Shown piece after piece: positions 53,771 through 64,000 of a stretch of DNA of 64,000 nt (its first letter is position 1; each line of letters starts with the position of its first letter). Both the position numbers and the translations under genes were made by a program. Under the pieces are notes generated by a model. The model did not search any database. It had not been told where the DNA came from and saw nothing but the letters and a program-made list of their open reading frames with translations. The stretch comes from Eledone cirrhosa. Taxonomy: Eukaryota. The DNA is taken from the NCBI GenBank assembly GCA_964016885.1, contig OZ024741.1:163246001-163310000 (forward strand), written 5' to 3'.

Positions 53771-55559
53771 ACAACACATTTGGCGTGTTCATCATAGATA
53801 CGAAGATTTACATATCTCTATTTAATTTTCTGTTATTTAACATTTTGGAATTTCCTTCGCATGTTTATTTTAAAAGCAAATTTCATTGGATATTTCTCTC
53901 GTTACAGTTACAATTTCAATACATTAAATATTTGTTTCAGTGTGTCGAATTTATATTTAAGGATACTGTTTGTTCTACACCCAATAGACGTAATCGATTT
54001 TGGCAATATGTACCTTTATTTACATTTAACGGCTAGATATGATCCACTACATCAGAAAACCGATTAGAATTGTTACCACATTAATGTAAAGAAAATATAT
54101 ATTTTAAACAATGTTTACTTTGATAAGACTTTTAGTATATTACTCAAATTTCGTGAAATATATTGCCATTCAAGTGGCTTTAAATATGAGTTGACGGTGA
54201 ATATTTTCCTCACTCTCATACAAGGTGACGTATTTTCTGTCTCATTTGAATAAATTAAAAGCTGATTTGGTGACATTAGCATTGGGGGAATACAACAGTT
54301 AATTTCAGATTTTAATGGTGTATGGCGATTGTCTCAGCACCCTATATCTTTCATTAAAAAGGCGCTAAATTGATGACAGAATAAAAGTTGATTTATAATA
54401 GCAATTTTTCACAACACAAAATAGATTAGTTTGTGTGCTTGAAAAACTGATCAATATATGTTTGATATCCTTTCAGACACAGTCGGTTTACATGACAATT
54501 CAGTTCATTTGATCATATGAGGTATTGCAATATAGTACGAAGTTTGTGTTATGTTGTATCAGAAATTGAATTTACGAACGTTGAATTTAGTATGTATTCA
54601 TGCAGGAAAATATAACATTTTCCGGAGCATTCAGTTTTGTTTTCTATGATATATTGATTTCAAGCTCAGACACATGGTGATATGTCGACAGGTGCAGTCG
54701 AGTATATCGACATAGTACTTGACTAGTATCTTCACTATCGCTCTGAGATGAATGAAAGACAAACTCTACTCCGAACGAAGAGGTGTAATTCAGTAACTAT
54801 CACTGTAATGATTCTCCCTGTCTAATGTACCCGGTTTCTATTACATAACTAGCGGCTTAGTATCGTTAATATTGACGCTAATCGCTTTGAAGATATGTAA
54901 TTTTGGGGTTCCATCATCCGTCGGCCACATATATTATAGTTACTGCTTATATGAGCAATTATACAAACTGGGAGATTTGTATTTTCATACATTAATGGCT
55001 AACGCAAGAGAACCCATATAGTTTATGTGAATTACTGACACGTGGAAATAACCAAAGATAAAATTGACGTTTTAATTTCTATCTAGAATGTACTTATATC
55101 TAGAATGTTTAATATATATGTACAAATGACAGGTTTTAGCGTATGAGCAACATTGGAGAGATATCTATTTGCAAGGGAAAAATCCAGGACCTTCTGATTG
55201 ATTGACATATTTTCCAGAAATTTCTAGATACATAAATTTGAACGAAAATTGCTTCAGCCTGTGTTGATTATAAAATTAAAATTAAAATCCCATTCTAGTT
55301 TAAAACCAAATGACAGAATGACTGTTCATGCAATTAATACCTTACATCTAGAACCTATCCCCACAGGATAAAGAACGTCGCTCCTTTCGAAGCAGATCGA
55401 CTATCCTTAGTCGCTAGCATCTCCTTTCGTAACTGCTCTAATCCTTTCCAAAACAAACTTAATAAAGATAGTAAAATATTTAGGTCCTCTAAAAATAACT
55501 TCGTTCTATCTGACAATGCTATTGGCAAACATTTCCCCATAGACCATAAGTATAGATTA

Positions 55560-56480
55560 AAGTTAACCGCCATAAATTGAAAATCGGCTACTTCTATGTG
55601 AAAAACATGAAAGTGCAGATCAACAACAAACCCAAGAGCACTCCCGCATTTGGATGCTCTTTCAGAAAGTCAGAATAATGCACCCTGGATCAGCAGTGTA
55701 ACACAACCGCGGTCATATATGAAGCTGAGGTAACTGAATCAGCAGCAAGATGTCTGGAAGTGTGTGAGTATGTCGGAAGCTCACTTGAAAAGCTGCTTTC
55801 TAAACCAGGGAACGACTTTTAGTCATCCGGACAAACGAGCAGCCACGAAACTGGCAAGTCCCGTCCGTTCCCTCAATGATGCATGCTGGTATTCTCCATT
55901 ATATAGAAAGTCAAGTGCTTACCTAACCGGTAAGAAGACATGTAAATTGTGCAGCAATGAACTATTGACGACTGATTTCTACGAAAACATACGAGGGACG
56001 ATTTTTATACCACTGACCTCACGTGCTAAAATATATCCTACATCATTGGAGGAACTTTGGATAACATCTGGACAGCCCCAATATTCATAACTTTCCCTTC
56101 TATAATATTTTTCTAACACATTACAAACGAGCATCTCATCTACAAATCTCTAGCCTCTATCATCTGTCTAGTACGAAAGAAAACTTTTACATAAACACAC
56201 CAGTCTATATAAGAGATTCCCAAACCTAAACATGAACAACTTCTTTCCATTTTGAAACCTAACTGAAACCTGAACACCACAGGTTATCTCCCCTTTCATA
56301 AACACTCTCTAGCAGAACTGTATTGCAACAACATTTATTTCAAAGATGGCGGACTGATGGTCTGCTGAAATATTAGTTTCCCAGTGAAACGCTTGAAGTC
56401 GACAAATGAAAATCTGAATGTAACCTAATCTTGTATATCACAACGCGCAGATCGGACTGAAAGCTATGTCAGCTTTGGAT
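55560..56480 (+). mobile_element. Old degenerate Penelope-like 3' fragment
   Basis: TFSHPDKRAATKLA...SAYLTGKKTCKLCSNE resembles the GIY-YIG C-terminus; decayed HHR CTGATGG...GAAAC...GTC at 56354-56400. Confidence 0.6.
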
Positions 56481-56499
56481 ATATAACGTTACCCAAACA

Positions 56500-56777
56500 A
56501 TATATATATAATTCAAATTTAAAAGACATATTTAGAGAGAGATAAAGAGCCATATATCATTTGAGAAAAACAGTATTTGTACGCATATTTCATACAAATA
56601 ATATTCAGGAAAAAGAAACATATTTAAGGTGGAAAAACTTTTTCCACCATAAGTAAGTATTTTTTCTTGAATATCATTTGTTAAATATGTACAAAATACT
56701 TTGTGTTTCTGAAAAGCTATATAATTTTCTCTCTCTCTCTCTAAATATATCTTTTAAATTTGAATTATATATATATA
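56500..56777. repeat. Diverged AT-rich palindrome, centre ~56638
   Basis: ATAATTCAAATTTAAAAGA...GGTGGAAAAA/TTTTTCCACC...TCTTTTAAATTTGAATTAT. Confidence 0.7.
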
Positions 56778-57202
56778 GTATTTCATTGTATATTTTTGCA
56801 AATAAAAAGTGTAGTGAATACGTATATATGTTAGAAATTAAGTTTTAATGTACCCTGAGCATTTTAGCTTTACTTAAATTATAAAATCTGTTATTTGTTC
56901 CATGACTTCATGGCGAAAATAGTTCTCTGAAAGTACAGCTGTTTTTGTTAATTTGTTTGTTTTTGTAACTTTAATATTTTGTGTTTCCATATCTCAATAG
57001 TCTAACGGAATTGTGTGTAAGATGAGTTAAATACCCTGCAGCATTTTCTTATCTATGGAGGAAGAGTGTTGCCTTGTTCATCTACAGTTTAATAATGGTA
57101 TTTATCTTTCTCATTTAAACAATATATTTTCATGTTCATTTTTTAAATTTTATTTTTACATTTTTCTTCCTAAATCATATTTGGAAAGCATAAGCATTAA
57201 TA

Positions 57203-57600
57203 ATTATTTCTACTTTTGGCACAAGGCCAACAATTATCCCAATGTGTTACTGGTGCTTTATTTTATCGACCCCGGAAGGATGAAAAGCAAAGTTAACCTC
57301 GGCGGGATTTAAACTCAGACCATAAAGAGCGGTAACTCTTTCCTGCAAAGCATGGCGTCAGATCCTCTACCAATACTGCCAATCCACGCCCAATAGTTTC
57401 TACTTAGACACGAGACCAGAAAATTTTGGAGGAGGGAACGTCGATTATAATGACCACCGTATTAATTTATGTACCTCGGCAGAGTGAAAGGCAAAGTTGA
57501 CATCAAGGAGATTTGAACACATAAAATAAATATCCGAAACTAATTCCCCCAAACTTTTTGTCTTCTCCAACGCTCTAATAAATCCGCCAATCCTCCAACT
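57203..57600 (-). mobile_element. Two adjacent SINE family 1 copies
   Basis: 57203-57392 near-complete; 57395-57600 older. Confidence 0.75.
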
Positions 57601-57887
57601 AAACATATGTATTACAATAGATTTGAATTAATTTACTTCTTTACAAACCCCAGTCAAAAGAAATGAAATTTATTGAAAAATAAGTAAGCTTCATTGTTCT
57701 TTGTGTATATGTAATGCTGTCTTAGAACACCACTTTCATACACTCATAAATAAATGTTTTCTCTGCATATGTGAGGGTTGTACTTAGAAATTAGAGAACA
57801 CCCAAAGAACTACACGCACACACATATACATACACGCTCACACACACGCACACACACGCGCACACACACACACACACACATACACAC

Positions 57888-57942
<55 letters not shown>

Positions 57943-57944
57943 CA

Positions 57945-58136
57945 TATATTAAAAAAAAGGAAAAAATGACTTCACTTGTAATTCTAAACAATTTAATATA
58001 ATTTCATATTATTATGATTTATACAATTTGGTTTTGTAGATCAACAAAACCAAATTGTAAAATCATAATAATATGAAATAAAATTAAATTGTTTAAAACT
58101 ACAAGTGAAGTCATTATTTTCCTTTTTTAAAATATA
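57945..58136. repeat. AT-rich palindrome, centre ~58040
   Basis: ATGACTTCACTTGTA...CAATTTGGTTTTGT / ACAAAACCAAATTG...TACAAGTGAAGTCAT. Confidence 0.75.
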
Positions 58137-58543
58137 CCTAACTCTACCAAGGCTTTCACACATTTTCCAATATACTGTGTATATATATCTACATTTACTC
58201 CATCACCGGACAATGCAAGGAATATATTTCAATTCAATTGTGCATATGTCCATATACATATCGGAAACCCGTGCATTTTGTTTTACAACCAACTCTTTTA
58301 CTGCAGCCTATAGAAAGAGAAGATGGAAGAGAGAAAGAAATAAAGAAAGAAAGGAGAGAAAGGATGGAACTTTTTCCTTCTGCACTCTTTCTGTAGACAA
58401 GGATGGAGAGTGAGAGTGAGAGAGAAGTGATACAATATGAGAAGGAAAGAGAGAGATAAAATGATATGAGGGTGAAAATCTTACAGAAAGAGAAATAGAT
58501 AGAGTAGGAGAGATATATACATCAAGTGAGGCAGAGAGAGAGA

Positions 58544-58616
<73 letters not shown>

Positions 58617-58887
58617 AAAATATTTTCATTAAAAAGACACGGGAAAATTTGTCACAGAATGTGAAGAGGGACAGCGTTCTTTGATTAAAACGTTTGCAAA
58701 GCTGCATTACATATGCATACACTTATAAAAAGTAGGTGTGTGTATATTTATGTATATTTATATTACTACTGACATACACATGCAATTATTATGTATTTTC
58801 TTTTACTAGGATTTTTTTCAAAACGCTGATGCGTATGTATATATGTTTGTGTGTGCATGTGTGTGCGCGTGTGTGTGTGTGTGTGTA

Positions 58888-58936
<49 letters not shown>

Positions 58937-59739
58937 ATATGCATACATTTATACGTATGAGTATATAAATATCAACGCGCAAACAGAGACACACCTACAA
59001 AAATACACACTCACACAAACACACACATACATTTACACAAACACATATACTCACACAGCGTAATAAATGAAACGCCAGCCGCTGCTTTGTAATAGTTTTT
59101 TCCCCATACCCTCCCTTCCTTTTACATACACATACATTCACACAAAGATACACACACTCACATTGTGTGATGGACGGACGGAAGTTGCTCGAATTTATAT
59201 ATAGATTTCTCACTCTTTTCTCTTTCTTTAGAGCCCCTGTTCTCACAACGAATCCTCCATTTATAATTGTGTATTCGTTCTCATTATATATCCACTTCCT
59301 TTTCTTCTCTCAAGATTTTGAAACATTTCAGTTGTCATTTAAACCCACGTAAAGGTGACAGAGCGCACATCTCTAGGAGACATTGGAGTAGCGTGGAGTG
59401 GTGAAACAATTTATCATACACCAGAAGTCATTTCATTAAAATGGAAAAAAGACAATATTTATGACAAATGAAATTGATGTCGATGTTGCTGTTGTGACGA
59501 TAGCGTTGGCGATGCTGTGTTGTGTGTTGATGTGTTTGTGTGTGGAAGTGTTTGTGCGGTGGGCGAAGTGGGAGTGTTGGTTTGGTGGGAGTGGGGTGGT
59601 GATGGTGGTGGTGGTTTGATGGTGATGATGATGGTGCGTTCTGTGTTGAAGTGGTGTGATAGGGGCAGTATGGTGGCGGTGGTATGTGGTTTGTTATGTG
59701 TTAGTGTTGCTGGAATGTTATGTTTTTTATAATAATATT

Positions 59740-60040
59740 TTCTAGGTTTGAAGGAAATGTCTGTAACAACATCTCGAGACTAATGAGATTGAAGTTGCTG
59801 GTCAGTTTAAGTTGTTGCACCTCGACTCCTGCATGAAAGACATGTGAGAAAGGACTGTGTGTAGTGGCTATTACAGGGATGGGCGAGTTAGACACAATAT
59901 GGATGATGGGAGGAGGTGAGATAAGTATGACTTGAGCCTGGGTGAACGTGCTACGAGCCCTGCTATCTCCGGGAAGCAGATGCCATTGTAGGAGCGGTAG
60001 AAATGTTAGTTAGAGGTTTAGGCAAATCTGTCAGTGATTT
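59740..60040 (-). pseudogene. CR1/L2-group LINE 3' end remnant
   Basis: HFYRSYNGICFPEIAGLV and HPYCV...HYTQSFL in adjacent frames. Confidence 0.55.
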
Positions 60041-60196
60041 ATGCCAACCAGATGAGGGGATGTTATCTAGTGATAGTCTAGGTTGTGTATATGGGAGCTC
60101 TACTCCGGTGTAGGTTTTACCTGAACATTGTGGAGCATCTGAAGCTGTTGAGTATTGAACTGTTTTCTGAATCTGAATTATGGGGCAAACATAAGA

Positions 60197-60284
<88 letters not shown>

Positions 60285-60302
60285 ACACACATACACACAC
60301 AC

Positions 60303-60347
<45 letters not shown>

Positions 60348-60952
60348 GACACACACACTCTCTCTCTTTCGCGCACACACACACACTCACAAACAGACTC
60401 TGTATATAAACATATTTCCAACAATTTATCCACTGACCGAGTCATCTTTTACCCGAGCAACGCCGGGTTCTACTGCCAGTTAACGTTAATAATAGACATG
60501 AAAATCCCATCTAAATATCTCCATTTATGTAACCATTTATCCTCAACACATATTTTCAGAAATGCCGTTCTAACATATTTGAATGACACTTATTTTATTG
60601 ACCCTCGAAATGCTTAACCTTAACGGGATTGACTGTCAGAAGTTAAATTACACATTGCGAAAGTTTAGTTTATTTAATATAAGCCATTGTATTTTAGTCT
60701 GATTAATATAGGCCATTTTATCTCCCTTGGAATTATGGACAACACAAATTTCGATTTAAAACATTTCTACAAGATATTAAAACGTTCTATATATTTTGTA
60801 TGACATCATCATAGTTAATGGAAGTAATCTATTTTGATAATGGATGCTTTAATTGATATTTTCCTTTCTGACATCAGCAAATTGTAATGTTACAGCATGA
60901 AACCTTCCACAATCTCACTAGAGTAGAAATATATAGAATTGTTTCAATAACA

Positions 60953-61480
60953 CTTCCTGTCGCCACAGTGCCGGCCGCATTCCACGCCATACTGCCCTCA
61001 ACGAGGTCATTAAGCATGGCTTGGACGTTGCAGGCTTCCCTTCCCAGCTCGAGCCGGTGGGGCTGGATCGAGGGGACGGCAAAAGGCCAGATGGCATGAC
61101 CATCTTCCTGTTCCGCGGTGGCAAACCCCTCGTCTGGGATTCCACTTGCACCGACACTTTCTGCAGCCGCAACCTGATGCAGTCTGCGACTGACCCAGGT
61201 TCTGCTGCACGTCGGGCTGAGGGGGCCAAACTCCTCAAATACGGGTCGCTCTCCGACAGGTTTGCTGTCGTTCCTCTGGCAGTGGAAACTTCTAGTGTCC
61301 TCGGCCCCCTCCGTACTCACCACCGTAGGCGCTGAGCTGGCCAGCCGTAGGTGTGAGCCCCACGAGTTGGAGTGGCTTTTCCAGCGCGTCTCCCTTGCCG
61401 TCCTCCGGGGAAATGCCTTCTCCATTCTGTCCGCCGGGGCTGTGGGTGGGCCCCATCGCGTACCAATACATTAGTTAAAT
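60953..61480 (+). pseudogene. CRE-like non-LTR retrotransposon 3' fragment (restriction-like endonuclease)
   Basis: SCRHSAGRIPRHTALNEVIK, LEPVGLDRGDGKRPDGMT...LVWDSTCTDT, LAVET, WLFQRVSLAVLRGNA; one frameshift near 61310; GC-rich. Confidence 0.8.
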
Positions 61481-61932
61481 ACCATTCTTTCATCTCATAC
61501 AAATATTCTTGCTTAAGGTTTCCAAATGTATAGAAACACGCAAGAAATATCTACTTTCTCATTACCTTTAAAAATAGTAATCTATTTTTATTATAAAAGT
61601 AATTGTAGATACATAATCGAATCTCCAACAGTACACTTGTATTCTTTTGCTAAGTTTGAATAGCATAAGGCGCATGTTCTTGTGTCAATTTATGTTCATT
61701 ATAAATTGATGATAAATCTCACAAAATAATATATCGAAGACATTAAAGGCTACAAATGTCGTTAATAATTTATGTTGTAAAGAGACTATATTTATTACGT
61801 TCTAGATAGATCCTTAAACTGAAATTTAATTACTCCACTTCAGTAAATTTATGGTACTTCAACAATAAAAAATATTTACCACATTCGTAAGAAAGATTAA
61901 AAGGAGAGTACCAATGCACCTTTTAAACTATA

Positions 61933-62120
61933 TAATTGTTTCTACTTGTGGCACAAGGCCAGCAATTACTCAGTGCATTACTGGTACTTTATTTTATCGA
62001 CCCTGTAAGGATGAAAGGCAAAGTTAACCTCGGCGGGATTTGAACTGAGAATGGAAAGGGCCGTAACTCTATGCGTCAAAGCATAGCGTCCAACCCTCTA
62101 CCGATACTGCCAATCCACCA
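61933..62120 (-). mobile_element. SINE family 1
   Basis: Near-complete reverse-complement copy. Confidence 0.85.
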
Positions 62121-62330
62121 ATGAATACTATTGTCAGCATTGCACTTCCAGCGATATTTCATTTGTCAATGTTTACTTTGAACTCATGATCAAAATCTAT
62201 ATTTTAAAGGTCAAGCTGATCTCCGTCACAACATATATGTAACAAGAGAGAAGAAGGAGGAAGCAAAAGAGGAGATAACCCTTTCACAACATATATGAAG
62301 GAGGGAAGAAGGGGAGGAGAAAAAGTTCTT

Positions 62331-62395
<65 letters not shown>

Positions 62396-62474
62396 GTGTG
62401 TGTGTGTGAGATAGATAGGCTGTGATGTCAGAATGAAAGTGATGACGCCAGTCTTTAGAAAAAGACTTCCACTA

Positions 62475-62810
62475 TAATTGTTTCTACTTTTGGCACAAGG
62501 CCAGCAATTATCTCAGTACATTACTGGTACTTTATTTTATCGACCCCGTAAGGATGAAAGGCAAATTTTACCTCAGTGGGATTTGAACTCAGAACCTAAA
62601 GGGCCATAATTCTATGCTGCAAAGCATGGTGTCTGACGCTCTAATAATTATTTATACTTTTGGCACAAGGCCAGCCATTATCCCAGTGTATTACTGGTAC
62701 TTTATTTTATCGACAACGTAAGAATGAAAGGCAAAGTTAACTACAGCAGGATTTGAACTCACACCATAAAGGGCCGTAACTCTATGTTGCAAAGCATGGC
62801 GTCCAACCCT
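62475..62810 (-). mobile_element. Two head-to-tail SINE family 1 copies
   Basis: 62475-62645 and 62650-62810. Confidence 0.8.
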
Positions 62811-64000
62811 ACGTTGTTTGTTATTTCTTTTTTAGAGAGAAACATAGTGAGAGTGTGTGAAAGATAGATAAATAGTATAAAACGTAATTCAACAATAGGG
62901 TGACGTCATAATAACAAATTGACATATTTCAATATTTTTCATTGGGAAAAATTTCCTCTGAAGTTTCCAAGTGTTTTCCATTGTGAATTTTTGCTTAATA
63001 TCGAATATGTCTGAAACTGTCCGTTATTTAACATAACATTATTCACAAACGTTCGCCCTCGAATCATCAGCCTCTAATGCCATACCAATGGAACATTTGG
63101 ATTTTGTGAGAAATATTTAAGAAATAATGCTGAGCTATCTGTGTGTGAGTACAAATCATCCATAAAACAAGCTATTTGGGGGGGGGGGGGTTGTGTGTGT
63201 ATGTATTTTACTGGCAGAATAGCGAGAGGATTTTACGAATATGAATAGTTTATAACGGTATTTCCACACATGTGTAAATGTTTATTGACATATTGAAAAA
63301 TTACTCCTTACTGTTCGCTAGTGCCTCAGATAATAGACATGTATCAACTTTTACTTTCATATAACTTTACTTATCCTTTTATAGCGATAAACATATCGAG
63401 TGAGTTATCAGCACCCAAGAGGCGTTTTCAGTGTCATCATAGCACTATGTACCCATCTCTAACTAACTGACTGATAGATTAAATACTAACTTTGAGATAT
63501 TTCAGTTCTTTGCAGATTTAAGGACACTAACAAAGTGGTAAGCATTTTAGTTTGAATCAAGGCAGTACCGAGACATTTGTAATATGATTAAGTTTTTATT
63601 GCATATATGCAGGTGTAGGCGGCGCAATAACAGAATCTCTAGAACGCCGGTAGAATACTTCGTGGTGTTGGTTTCGGCTCGTTGTTCCTTGAATTCAACT
63701 ACCACCGAGGTCAACTTTGTTTTTCACCTTTTTGAGGCCGATAAAAGAAAGTTGACTGTCTACTACTGGGGTCGATTCTTCCACTATATCTCTTTCTCAC
63801 TTTCTTTCTCTCACACTCTCTATCCTTCTCTGAAAGGAATCTGCTGTGTTCAGACCTGAAGAGGCATCGGTTCCGTCGGGTTTAAAAATGCCCTAGAAAC
63901 GCCGTAACACAATACGGCGCTCCTACAATTTACTCAGGTGTTATGGGACCATGTATGTACGTATATGTAGGTGTATATACATGAGGCACGTAGCCTAGTA

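Noticed and set aside
60874-61425. 183-aa minus-strand ORF
   Set aside because: Antisense shadow of the GC-rich CRE-like fragment.

Overview
AT-rich, microsatellite-saturated eukaryotic DNA with no recognisable host gene. Repeat content (tRNA-head SINEs, RTE/CR1/CRE LINE scraps, Penelope-like elements, long (TA)n/(CA)n/(GA)n runs) suggests a cephalopod such as Octopus (inference). Nearly all listed ORFs are microsatellite artefacts; the real coding remnants are retroelement RT and endonuclease pieces. The main signal is non-coding: most short unique islands between (TA)n runs are Penelope-type terminal repeats carrying type I hammerhead ribozyme (HHR) folds. By eye I find about 10 well-formed and about 12 variant, decayed or truncated motifs from about 10 sequence families. 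Two related families use the U3-A8 core variant (UUGANAA) with a long stem II insert. One is a non-coding ~591-593 nt tandem unit at two loci (8469-9488, 51718-52635); two in-phase ribozymes at the first locus would excise a 591-nt monomer, making it a candidate retrozyme/circular-RNA element. Many insertions form large fold-back palindromes (up to ~3.9 kb), and one carries a 660-bp long-TIR element with a verifiable 8-bp TSD. Folds and coordinates were read manually; no activity is shown.
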